The notes: generated from the sequence alone by a model not told the origin. A stretch of 63,344 nucleotides of DNA, filler included, from Octopus bimaculoides (GCF_001194135.2; 6 parts of 5 records of this genome joined end to end with filler, not necessarily neighbours in it); one strand, 5' to 3'; shown: positions 12,655-25,067, counted from the whole stretch's first letter. Translations and numbers: made by a program.

Positions 12655-15199
12655 AAGTCCATCTCAAGTCTAAAGATTTCATGAGAACCAGAATTCAGGG
12701 CATTTAAGATGAGAGTGTGACCCTCTCATTTGAACTGGACACGTGCGCGTCACAGTGCTAACCGACAGATGCAACTGGCATTCATTTCCAGCTGAATATA
12801 CAGTAGAAGCAAAAAATGAAGTACCTTCCTCAGAGACACAATGTGCTACCCACTTCGAGAATCGAATTCATGATGTAACGATCGTGAATTCAACACCTTA
12901 ACTACAATGCCGTGCGCTTTTAAATGCAGTTGCTTGTGCAAGCATCTGATCCTCGGTGTCTTTGGTGGAAATCACTTTGTTATAAACATTCAATTTAGAT
13001 CTTCGTTTGAGAAGAAATAACTGTCTCCGTTCCTCTCACCGGTGTCAGAGGTCACAGGTGTTATCTGTCTCTCTCTGACTATGCTCTTACTATACAAATG
13101 TATCATTTATTGGAAAATGAAACTTTGCAAACCAACATATTAATATATTTGAATATCATAACGAACAGTATGGAGCCGCAGAGCTTAGTGGTTCAGGTGT
13201 TTCATTCTTGATCTTAAGATTGTTGCTTCTATTCTAGAACCGGGCAATGTTTTTTTTATTCAAAAGCAAAACACATAATTTTACGTTGTTTCATTCCATT
13301 CAGCTGGCAAAAATGACTAATCCTGCGATAGGGTCCTGCATCATGAGCTTATGACTCACAGACGCTTCTTTTCTTATAACGAACAGTGGTTTGATGATAT
13401 GAAAAAGAGGACTCATATAACACGACACTTTAATCATTGCTTGAAAAATAAGAAATACATTGCTGTTGAAGTTTAGCGTAGTAAAGTTAAATTAGGCAAA
13501 ACGTTATATTAGGTTGGACAACAGCTTATGAATTTTACATTTTTGCTTAAATATGTGTATTTAAGCAAAAATGTAAAAAGAGGCCCCATTAATTGCGTGT
13601 ATGCATAGATCTAACGGAGCAATGAGCTTATTAAGTATCTTTAAAATCTTGCAAATTGGAGGCATTGAGATTAATATTCTATGTTTTCTGAATATTCATC
13701 TACATAGAATATATATTGTTGCTTGAATCAGCCATTAAGCTCAATCATTTTTAAATAGATTATTTTTAAGCGTATATGCTGATTGTTAGTCTTATCAACC
13801 GAATACTTGAAATAATATTGTAAGATACCTTTTAGATAAGATTGGAGGTAAAATTGAAAAGTAATAGCTCAGAAACAGCTTTTTGGGTACCCCAACTTTC
13901 AGTTTAAACTACGGGCACATNNNNNNNNNNNNNNNNNNNNNNNNNNNNNNNNNNNNNNNNNNNNNNNNNNNNNNNNNNNNNNNNNNNNNNNNNNNNNNNN
14001 NNNNNNNNNNNNNNNNNNNNNNNNNNNNNNNNNNNNNNNNNNNNNNNNNNNNNNNNNNNNNNNNNNNNNNNNNNNNNNNNNNNNNNNNNNNNNNNNNNNN
14101 NNNNNNNNNNNNNNNNNNNNNNNNNNNNNNNNNNNNNNNNNNNNNNNNNNNNNNNNNNNNNNNNNNNNNNNNNNNNNNNNNNNNNNNNNNNNNNNNNNNN
14201 NNNNNNNNNNNNNNNNNNNNNNNNNNNGTATGGTCACTTCACGGCATGCCATTCATGTGCTCATAGCAGTTTTTGTTTAAGTTTACGCTTTAAATTTTGT
14301 TTAGTTAAGGAATTACTTATATTACTTTTAGACACTTATTGTTACGACAAAATATGTTACGCCAATTTAAACAAAACATTTTTCATTTTGATATTACATG
14401 GTCAAAAACCAAATGGTTTATTGAAGTAGCCATATACAGGGTGTCCACAAGGTCTGGGTACATGGAGTAAATAAAATCATAACATAAACAATTAAATATA
14501 AGAAATAATAATTTCTTAAAGTATGCGTAAATCCCCATGTGGGTACATGGAGCAAATAAAATCATAATATAAACAATTAAATATAAGAAATAATAACTTC
14601 TTAAAGTAGGTGTTAATCCCCATGTACCCAGACTTTGTGGACACCCTGTATAATACATATACTTGAATATCTGGAAAAATTCGAATAATGTACTTTTCAT
14701 TAGTACACCTATGAATTTTAGACTATAACAAGAAATCTTTTAATCTGATTCGAAGAAAATAAACAAACGGGCAAAATGTGAGGCAGAAAACTTATGAATT
14801 CATGGCAGTTGATTATTGAAGTCAAGCTTCTTTGATAAACGTATCTGCCAGTAACTAGAGTTCGTTCCAAGTATGCTTTCCTCTAGTTTAAAATCAGTAA
14901 CTAATTCCGTCATCATATAGCCATGTCGACCATAAAACTATTGTATTTGTATAGTTTAGACAAAGGCAAATTCAACTCTTTTAGTACTCTTTTACTCTTT
15001 TACCTGTTTCAGTCATTTGCCTGTGGCCATGCTGGAGCACCGCCTTTAGTCAAGCAAATCTACCCCAGGACTTATTCTTTGTAAGCCTAGTACTTATTCT
15101 ATCGTTCTCTTTTGCCGAACCGCTAAGTTACGGGACGTAAACACACCAGCATCGGTTGTCAAGCGATTTTGTGGGGGACAAACAGACACACAAAGATAT

Positions 15200-15248
<49 letters not shown>

Positions 15249-16520
15249 NNNNNNNNNNNNNNNNNNNNNNNNNNNNNNNNNNNNNNNNNNNNNNNNNNNN
15301 NNNNNNNNNNNNNNNNNNNNNNNNNNNNNNNNNNNNNNNNNNNNNNNNNNNNNNNNNNNNNNNNNNNNNNNNNNNNNNNNNNNNNNNNNNNNNNNNNNNN
15401 NNNNNNNNNNNNNNNNNNNNNNNNNNNNNNNNNNNNNNNNNNNNNNNNNNNNNNNNNNNNNNNNNNNNNNNNNNNNNNNNNNNNNNNNNNNNNNNNNNNN
15501 NNNNNNNNNNNNNNNNNNNNNNNNNNNNNNNNNNNNNNNNNNNNNNNNNNNNNNNNNNNNNNNNNNNNNNNNNNNNNNNNNNNNNNNNNNNNNNNNNNNN
15601 NNNNNNNNNNNNNNNNNNNNNNNNNNNNNNNNNNNNNNNNNNNNNNNNNNNNNNNNNNNNNNNNNNNNNNNNNNNNNNNNNNNNNNNNNNNNNNNNNNNN
15701 NNNNNNNNNNNNNNNNNNNNNNNNNNNNNNNNNNNNNNNNNNNNNNNNNNNNNNNNNNNNNNNNNNNNNNNNNNNNNNNNNNNNNNNNNNNNNNNNNNNN
15801 NNNNNNNNNNNNNNNNNNNNNNNNNNNNNNNNNNNNNNNNNNNNNNNNNNTATATATATATATATATATATGCACACAATCACATACATTAATACCCACA
15901 TTGTCGCATGCAACGCATACATAAAAAACATACATGTATATCTAGACACACTCATACAAATGCATATAGTACGCATACTCATATACACTTATACACACAG
16001 CAGTACAGACATTTATAATTATACGTGTATATATATGCAGGGTGGCATGTGCGTGTAAATACGGCATTTGGCCGGAAATTTCTCACTAATAAGCTTTCAG
16101 GACAACAGCTGGCATGTGAAAATATCCACTCTGATCAAGATAAATAATATAAAAAGGTAAATTACCATAAATTTTGAATTCAAATTTACACAATTACTTT
16201 TTTAAGCAAACCTTTCTCCGTGGAAAATATAGTCTTCAACTGCTTGTTCTACATTTTAAATTTCATTTCAAAATAGAACGATTTCCAAATAAGAAAGAGC
16301 TTACTTTTTATACATAGTTTTTGCATTTATATATAGAATTTATGTAGCCTAGAACGAAACATTTCCAAAATATAATTTGTATCTTTATTTTTTTAATTCC
16401 ATTAATTTATATTATTGCCGTTATCTTCTTTGATTCCGGTTTCTACTGTTTCAGCACTCAGAATTCCGTCTTATCAGACGTCCGTAGCAATTCATAAAAT
16501 GAAAAGCTGACAGGAAACCT
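12655..16520. repeat. Right arm of the inverted segmental duplication (immediately upstream of the Kunitz signal exon)
   Basis: Example: gtatggtcacttcacggcatgcc (14228) is the reverse complement of ggcatgccgtgaagtgaccatac (~2686-2708). The arm is interrupted by N gaps, a MITE and a SINE. Confidence 0.92.
14437..14648. mobile_element. Tc1/mariner MITE with TA target-site duplication and an internal ~80-bp tandem duplication
   Basis: TA-cagggtgtccacaaggtctgggtac ... gtacccagactttgtggacaccctg-TA. Absent from the orthologous position in the left duplication arm. Confidence 0.9.
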
Positions 16521-17143
16521 GGTCTGATTATGTCTCCGTAATTCAGGTGGTTCGGCAAAAGAAAATGGCAGAATAAGAACCAGGCTTAAAAATAAATAAG
16601 TACTGGAATTGTTCGATTAATCCCTTTATGGCGGTGCTCCAGTACGATCGAGGTCCAACAAATGAAACAAAGCAAAAGTAAAAGATAAGAAAAAGTAAAA
16701 TCTAACCATCAAATCTCTCTCAGACCTATCTCGGCTTTTGTCTACCACATTGTCCAGCTTCCTGGATTGTGCCCCTCATGGAATATGTGCAAAATTATCT
16801 GAAGCGGAACTCTGCTATAATAAAAATGTCTTTCCTTTGCACAAGATAGGTTTGGTTACATTAATAGCTTCTGATTTAGGCGCAAAGCCAGTGACTTTGA
16901 GGGGAGCATGTAGATCGATGTCATCAATCCCAGTACTTAACCGATACTTTATTTTATTAAGTTCGATTTCAGCTCTGAAAATAAAGAACAGGAACAAAAG
17001 TGACAAGGAATTTTCTCCGACGCTCTACCGATTCTGCCAACTGTTACAATAATATGAAATTTACGAGAATACAAAGGAAATAATAGTTTTCCATGTAAAA
17101 TTACTTCATTGCTTAACATTTCTATTTACCTTTTCAGACAAAC

Positions 17144-17231
17144 ATGCTAAGGCTCATTCATTGGCTCTTTCTCATATGTGTAGGACTCGGGGTGAGAGCT
17201 GGCCCCCCATATTATTATAGAACACCAATCG
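17144..17231 (+). CDS. First coding exon (signal peptide) of a secreted Kunitz/BPTI-domain protein: MLRLIHWLFLICVGLGVRA-GPPYYYRTPI(E)
   Basis: Pyrimidine tract and acceptor tttaccttttcAG at 17137; exon starts at 17138; ATG at 17144; hydrophobic h-region with G-V-R-A cleavage-like end; strong donor G|gtaagt at 17231/17232; phase 1, joining in frame (G+AG=Glu) to the exon at 19399. Confidence 0.85.
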
Positions 17232-17479
17232 GTAAGTGATCTTGATGAAAGGAAAATTCTTTTTATATCCCTCCCTATAATGCACGACTTCAGTCTTTAG
17301 ATGAATTACACTCATTTCAAGCACACACACACACACACACACACACATAGACATGTATATGTCTGTTTAGTGAAGAAGGAGTAGTGAATACCAGAGTAGA
17401 AATTAATATTTGTTATTTTGGTCGAGTCAGTAATAACTTGCTTGAAGCCCAGAGTAGCAAGAGGCTGAGTCGACCAACA

Positions 17480-17831
<352 letters not shown>

Positions 17832-18755
17832 TTCTTTATCATCCACTCAGGGCTTAAATGAATAAAAACAATAAGGACGGTACAAACGGTACAGGATGGT
17901 ACAGAGTGGGTTTTGGCGTGTAAAATTCATAAGAAATATAAGAACAAATGCGGAAAAAGTAAATTCCTCAATAGGAGGGCGTACTTCCGAGGGTCACACA
18001 TAGAGAAAGACCACAAAAATTCACGATCACTCGGACCGCCAAGGTCAGTGCCCTCTCACAGTCTTCTCCCTCCAATCTACAGGCGCATACTCAGAGCAGG
18101 CCCATTAATTCGGGTGGTGCTCGTCTCTCTCAGCAAACTGCGTGGAAGGCAGCACTTCCCTCTCTACCTTGATTTTTTCCTCTTCAAGTGAAACCTGAAA
18201 AAGTTAATCAGGTCTTCGCTGATAAGGAAAGTGCTGGCCTTCACTCCTTTCAGACTGGGATGCGGCGGGTAAATTTTCGCAATGGACTCAGCCGATAGCG
18301 GGAACCTTCCTACATGTGATTGCAAGTGTTCGGCATAAACACACAAGTCAACAATGTTCAGACACTGGACGAGGGCGTTCAGGACTGTTTCGTCACCCTA
18401 CGCGCAGCTTGGACAAGCTCGACTGACGGCACGTCCATACCTGTAGAGTCTATCTCGAACTGGCTGTGCTTTCCCGTAGCACTGCCAGGCTAGGGATTTC
18501 TGGAAGTTATCTATGGGCCCTGGACCGAAAGTCCTCCGGAACAGACTGGCCAGTTGATTCTTGTTGACACCCATAGTCACCCAGTGAACGCCATCGCTTT
18601 TGTCTTCCACTAACCTTCTTTGGAACGCCAAGGTGGAGCTTCCACTGATCGTTCTGCCCAACTGGTTGAGGCCTGTAATCGCTTGAAGACATTCCAGTTT
18701 CCAAGTGCTTCCTCTCGATTTTCGTTTGACCCAGGACTGTGGCTCCGACAAGGAT
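17832..18755 (-). mobile_element. L1/Tx1-clade LINE 3' fragment, antisense in the first coding intron of the Kunitz gene
   Basis: Minus ORFs: KSLAWQCYGKAQPVRDRLYRYG...ACPSC (zf-RVT-like) and LINFFRFHLKRK. The 3' end (...gataaagaaat) runs into an (att)n tail. Confidence 0.75.
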
Positions 18756-18853
18756 AACGTATGTCTCTCATTGTCTGTCTGTCTGTCTCTCTCTCTTTCT
18801 GTCTGTCTGTCTCTCTTTCCCTCTCTCTCTCCCTCTCATTCTCTCACTCTCTC

Positions 18854-18887
<34 letters not shown>

Positions 18888-19010
18888 GCTCTCTCACCCT
18901 CTCTCTCGCTCGCTCGCGCTCTCTATTCTTTATATTCTTTATATTATTATGCATAACCATAATTGTTTTCTCGAATGACAGTTCTAAAATACAAACGTAT
19001 TTGCGTGTGG

Positions 19011-19060
<50 letters not shown>

Positions 19061-19398
19061 GCATAGGTATGTATGTGTGTCTCTCTCTCTCTCTTTCTTT
19101 CTCTTTCCCTCTCGCTTTTTCCTCTCACTCTTTCTCTCTCTCTCTCTCTCTGTTACTCTCTCTCTCTCTCTCTCGTCATCTATCTATCTATCTATCTATT
19201 CTTTATTTGTATATATATTATTATGCAGAAGCGCGATTTTTTTCTCGTTCGAATGATGATAGTAGTTCGGATCCTGATTTTTATCATCTTAATTTAGACA
19301 CACATGGATTGAAAATATCAAATTATATTAGTAAGAAGTAAATACAAGTAAATACCAATTTGAAACGAATAAAGAATTTTAATGCTTTGAATTTTTAG

Positions 19399-19609
19399 AG
19401 TGTGGATTACCAAAGGATGGGGGATCCTGCACACTCCCATCCAGTTTACGCTGGTATTTCGATACAAAATCCAGAACATGTAAGACGTTTCAATTTACAT
19501 GTGGAGGAAATGGAAATAATTTCCGGTCTTACGATGAATGCATTGGAGTGTGTACAAATATCTGTTTTTTGCCTATAGGATATGGAACAGGTTGGCAATC
19601 TATTAATAG
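19399..19609 (+). CDS. Exon encoding a complete Kunitz domain plus the N-terminal part of a second Kunitz domain: (E)CGLPKDGGSCTLPSSLRWYFDTKSRTCKTFQFTCGGNGNNFRSYDECIGVC-TNICFLPIGYGTGWQSIN(R)
   Basis: Manual translation from acceptor atttttAG|AG (19398) to donor AG|gtaaag (19609/19610). Six cysteines, RWYFD and CGGNGNNF motifs and the final C-x3-C match the BPTI/Kunitz signature. C-x2-P-x3-G restarts a second domain at 19563. Confidence 0.92.
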
Positions 19610-20321
19610 GTAAAGCATTTTCTTTTAAATTCAATCCGTTCGTTTCTCGTTTTTATTTGTTATTCATTTTAAAATGCTTTTGTGGTTATCTATATCGATA
19701 AAATTCAAAGTATATGTAAACTTGGAGGGTCCAATATAATTAAACGTTTGTTTTTTTTTTTGTTTGTTTTTTTTTTTTGTTTTTTTAAGAATATTTTGGT
19801 ATAACATCTCGCAACAATTTTCATGAAACATCAAATTGCTAATGCTTCGAAATTATGCAAAAATATCCTTTCCTTTTATTATGACTCAAACATCACAGGA
19901 TATTTTTTAACTACTTTCTAATTGAATGCAAACATACAAACGACCAGGAAATAATTTTTAAAAATCGACGGAAGTAAAACTCTGTGCCAATGAAATAATT
20001 TCTTCTTCAGTTTTTCTTCAGATTTTAAATAAAACATGCAAGTGAAGGACGAGTGCAAACTGGCGTGTTAATTAAAATTCAACATAGTTTAACATATTAT
20101 TAGTAATTAATGTTATAGGAAACGATGAAAAGGGCTGACACGATAGAGTGCCAGATTACAAATTTTGTGGCATTTAGCCGTAAGATTAGCCATATTCTGA
20201 GCTTAATTCAAGTTGAATTTATTTTAAAGTGGTCCGGCGACTGGTAAAATAAGTTCCAGTTACAGTACTGTTGTTGATTCAGTAGCGTGTACTTATTCTC
20301 TAAAAGTTGAGTCATTTAGAG

Positions 20322-20618
20322 CAGGGGTTTTCAAACTTTTTGACTTGCGGACCCCTTTATATTTCAGGCTTTACCTTAGGGACCCCCTTATAAACGCTTA
20401 TGAAATTTATACATAAATATTTGCTTAAAATAACATATATTTTTACATCTATTTATTTAACAGTATTTAACAAATAGGTTTATTGTCAATTAAAAGATTT
20501 CGATTAAAAACCATATATAAAATCAAATTGCCCATAAAAAGTATTTGCTGTCCACGGACCCCCTGTCTTGTCCTGGCGGACCCCCTGTGGTTCGCGGATC
20601 ACAGTTTGAAAACCCCTG
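20322..20618. mobile_element. hAT (Charlie/Buster-type) MITE
   Basis: 16-bp TIRs caggggttttcaaact / agtttgaaaacccctg; 8-bp TSD atttagag / atttagaa. Confidence 0.88.
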
Positions 20619-20711
20619 ATTTAGAACACAACATCCTTCAAAGGCGTAGTCAATATGAATTGCAGAANNNNNNNNNNNNNNNNNNNNNNNNNNNNNNNNN
20701 NNNNNNNNNNN

Positions 20712-20723
20712 TTAATTAATTAA
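20712..20723. other. Artificial contig spacer N44-TTAATTAATTAA-N44 (also at 30464, 37781, 52872, 56613)
   Basis: Identical 12-mer (stops in all six frames) centred in 100-bp gaps, five times. Confidence 0.95.
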
Positions 20724-20767
20724 NNNNNNNNNNNNNNNNNNNNNNNNNNNNNNNNNNNNNNNNNNNN

Positions 20768-20816
<49 letters not shown>

Positions 20817-21452
20817 TTATATTAAATGTATGTATATAATGTACGTGTGTAAGAATAGATTTAATATTCGTACTAGCAACTATTGCGCTCTGGACGTAGA
20901 TTCTCCGCTAAGCGTTTCTCCTCAATAAACCCTGTTCAGAAGCCAGGATCGGGGCTATACACTTCCTCAACAAATGTTATATTTTACTCTTTAATCAATA
21001 TCGAGCCTTTTAGTCATTCCATATTTTAATGTCCTCACCGACAGCCAGGACTGCTTCGCTATAAAACAAGTAATTATGCGCGCACGCGCATGTGTATGTG
21101 TGTGTGAATATGGCTGGAAAAAGATGCTTATAAATGTTCATATATGTACATATATATATGTAATTGTTTATATATATATGTATATACATATGCATTTTTG
21201 TTTATAATATATATATATATATGTGTGTGTGTATGTATGTATGTGTGCCTATATATGTGTATATATACATATGTATGTATATATATGTATTATATATATT
21301 TACGTATATACAGGGTGTCCACAAGGTCTGGGTACATAGAGTAAATAAAATCNNNNNNNNNNNNNNNNNNNNNNNNNNNNNNNNNNNNNNNNNNNNNNNN
21401 NNNNNNNNNNNNNNNNNNNNNNNNNNNNNNNNNNNNNNNNNNNNNNNNNNNN

Positions 21453-21489
<37 letters not shown>

Positions 21490-21506
21490 CTCTTGAACAA
21501 AAATTT

Positions 21507-21585
21507 TATTGACAGTGATTTCGAAGTCTCGGCCAGTTAAGTCATCGTTGGACTGCTGGCCAAAACTTCGAAGTCACTGTTAATA
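21507..21585 (+). repeat. 79-nt hairpin (30-bp stem, 19-nt loop) downstream of the Kunitz exon 2 donor
   Basis: tattgacagtgatttcgaagtctcggccag pairs with ctggccaaaacttcgaagtcactgttaata, with 2 G-U wobbles and 2 mismatches. Confidence 0.85.
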
Positions 21586-22289
21586 CTATTCTTGTTAAAA
21601 AAATAATATTCTACAAGCTTATAGAGTAAACCATTAGATTGATACAAAATTGTTTTTGTTATAACTGAACAAAGGGCGGTGAGCTGGCACAATCGTGAGC
21701 ACGCCGAAGGAAAATGCTTACTGGCATTTCGTCCGTCTTTAAGTTCTGAGTTCAAATTTCGCCGAGGTTGCTGGCCTTGTGTTAAAATTTGAAACCATTA
21801 TAACTGAACGTAAAAAACAAACACTATATATACAATGGGTTCAGAATTTTGCTTCGCCATCATGTGGTGTGGGGCAGGTTCAATCTCACCGAGTAACACC
21901 TTGAGTGACAGACTTCTTTTATAACCATTGGACAGATCATGCTATTTGAATGGATTTGAGGGACAGCAGTGTGTAGGGGAGGACCGTCGAGTGTGTGTGT
22001 GTGTGTACTAAATATTGTACGTGTAAAATATTCTCATCGAAGTGAAATTTGTATTTTAAGTTGAAGAAAGATAGAAAAAAAGAAATCAAATGACAATGAA
22101 AAGAAACTCCCGATGGGACGGGGAGAAAAGGGGATTTGATTTCAAGAAATTTCGAATTCATTTCACTCTCATGACGCCCTGAATTCGATCCCTCAGTCTG
22201 TCTGTCTACCTGTCTGTCCGTCAATCAATTCACACAAACACAACAAGGAAGATTATGCCGGAAGAATAAGACAAAGAAAGAATTAACAT

Positions 22290-22650
22290 AATATCCATCC
22301 ATCCATCTTCTCCGTGCACAATTCCTGGGCAGGTCGTAGGGGTAAAGTCCTCAGGCACCCCTTCCATAGAGTCCTATCAGAAACAACCGTCAGTAAACTT
22401 TCTAGCTGGATTCTCAAGTGTGACTAACTGAAACTATGGATATTATCTCTTTCTTCGTCTACCCTAGGTCTCCTGCCGATTGATTTAGCTTGAAGAATCT
22501 ATCTTGCGATTCTTTCATGTGACATTCTAATCACATGTCCGTAGTACCAGAGCTCTGACCTCTAAATGCAGGGAAGAATCGGCTCAACCCGGAGCCGGAC
22601 ATGTTCTCTTGCAGTAAACCAGATTGAGCCACGTCCTTCATCTCCGGGCT
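22290..22650 (-). mobile_element. RTE-clade LINE 3' end with (GGAT)n tail
   Basis: Minus translation resembles ..SELWYYGHVIRMS..RIARQIL..K..GRRP. catccatccatc tail at ~22293; homologous to 60900-61320. Confidence 0.7.
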
Positions 22651-22701
22651 AAGATACCTTATAGTGTAACATATTTTTACACGCACACGCACACACTTAC
22701 A

Positions 22702-22898
22702 CAGGGTGTCCACAAAGACTGGGTACATGGAGTAGATAAAATCATAACATAAACAATTAAATATAAGAAATAATAATTTCTTAAAGTATGTGTTAATCCC
22801 CATGTGGGTACATGGAGTAAATAAAATCATAACATAAACAATTAAATATAAGAAAGTATGTGTTAATCCCCATATACCTAGACTTTGTGGACACCCTG
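22702..22898. mobile_element. Second copy of the same MITE (a third, gap-truncated copy is at 21311-21352)
   Basis: Same TIRs (cagggtgtccacaaag / ctttgtggacaccctg) and same internal repeat. Confidence 0.88.
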
Positions 22899-24995
22899 TA
22901 TATATATATATATATATATATTTTAATATTTTTTTATATTTTATTTTTTATTTTATTTATTTTTTTATTTTTCATTTTATTTTATTTTAAGTTTTATTTT
23001 TATTTTAAGTTTATTCTTACTTTTTTACATGGATATCTGTGTATGTCTTTTTATGGTATTGTATTGTTCGTAACCACCAACTTAACACTACACACTGAAT
23101 CGTCGCAAGGTATGGAAGGTTTTCGAAGGACCGGAGAGATTATGTCTGGGTGGAGCGTTATAACAGATATAGTACTATACAAAATACCGAAAGGATCTTC
23201 ACCTCTTACATCACACATTTCCTCTTACTTCAACGTCGAGATGGTATAATTTCCTGGGAGAGAGATAATTTTGCGGCTGAAGATAGCTTTACATTGTAGA
23301 TTATACACATATTATATTATGTTATATTATATTATGTTATATTATATTATACACATGTAGAGCTTGAAACACGTGTACCGCGGAATCCTTTGTAGTTTTG
23401 TTAATTNNNNNNNNNNNNNNNNNNNNNNNNNNNNNNNNNNNNNNNNNNNNNNNNNNNNNNNNNNNNNNNNNNNNNNNNNNNNNNNNNNNNNNNNNNNNNN
23501 NNNNNNNNNNNNNNNNNNNNNNNNNNNNNNNNNNNNNNNNNNNNNNNNNNNNNNNNNNNNNNNNNNNNNNNNNNNNNNNNNNNNNNNNNNNNNNNNNNNN
23601 NNNNNNNNNNNNNNNNNNNNNNNNNNNNNNNNNNNNNNNTATAGCATAATTAATATAATAATATAGGACAATTATAGAATATTTAATACAATAATGTTAT
23701 GTAATGTTACGATTAATTCAAATATCTCCACACACACACACACACGCACACACACACACGCACACACACACACGCACACACACACACACACCTACGTTCT
23801 CGGCAGTGATCGCCACCAGCAACGATAACAACATGTTAACCTCGGTTGGCATTTCAAAGTCTGGTTGTAGGGCGGTGAGATAGATCCGGCTTAAATTTAT
23901 TAGTAAAAATGATTAGTAAGATGAATTCGATATAGATTGCTGTAATTGCTGCTGCTGCTGCTGTAGGTGGTGTCGGTGTTACCCTTGTTGAAGTCACCAC
24001 CACTACTAATACTACTACTACTAGCCTACGGGGGAGCTTCTTCGTGGTTCTTCGACATGCTAGAAACAACAGCTAAACGAAAAACTCTGCCTCACGTCAC
24101 ATTCTACCGTCTTAGAGAAAGAAAAATTGTATAATCTACCCCTAGATACATAATGCCTGAAAATTGTTATTGTTATTGTTGTTGTTGGTGATGTTTTACT
24201 CCCGGTCAACCTTGATTTAGCAGACATATGATCAAAGATATCCCAGCAGTGACCATCCTGTCTTTCGTCTGTGCATGTCTAAATTGGTCAAAGTGGCCCT
24301 TCGTTTTTTAGACGACAGGGTGAGATTTGAGGGAATTTGGTGGCTATTTCGCGGAGGTCGAGTGACATGGTTGGCTCGCATCAATTGTAGATGGTGTGGG
24401 GAGGGAGAGAGGGAGAGAGGGAGAGTGGGGTAGAGTTAGTGGGTAGGATGGTGACGACCACCACTACCGAATGGAACGACTGGTAAAGCCTAAGAAAGTG
24501 AATGGCGAGAAAAGTGTAGGAAAGGACGAAAACAAAGTCGAAGAGGAGGAGGAGGTGAAGAAGATTGTTTTTGCTGGTTGGCTCCAAGTTGTCCCTGACC
24601 AGCATACTTATGGCATACCTATTATCGAAGCGTTCTAGGCGTGACCATCCCGTCATCTTTTACGTAAACGCACATGACGGCAAGGCGAAGAGAGCGAAGG
24701 ATAAGAATGATGAAAATTCGGAACGATGTAAGGGGAAAGGTCAGATTTCCGTACCACCACCACCACCACCATTGCTACTACAACCATCATCAACAACAAC
24801 ACGAAGATGAAAACAAAGCAATGCTGTGTTATTTTGTAGCGAAATCTGCTGATCTTTTCATGTGGTGAAAATCTCAAATGATTTCGTTAACGTTTGATGG
24901 ACAGCTGGTGATCAGTAAATATAGGGGATTAATCAGGCTTAAATTAATGTCGTCACGCTGATCAATCATCAGTCAATCCTGCAAACTGGATCAGG

Positions 24996-25067
<72 letters not shown>

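Noticed and set aside
20022-20071. Acceptor followed by ...VKDECKLAC*, resembling a Kunitz C-terminus (candidate exon 3)
   Set aside because: In-frame TAA upstream, no GGN.NNF motif, wrong length and phase to continue domain 2; most likely chance.
20900-20950. Minus-strand CUGAACA...GAAACGCUUA hammerhead-like string
   Set aside because: No convincing stem II or stem I; too degenerate to call.
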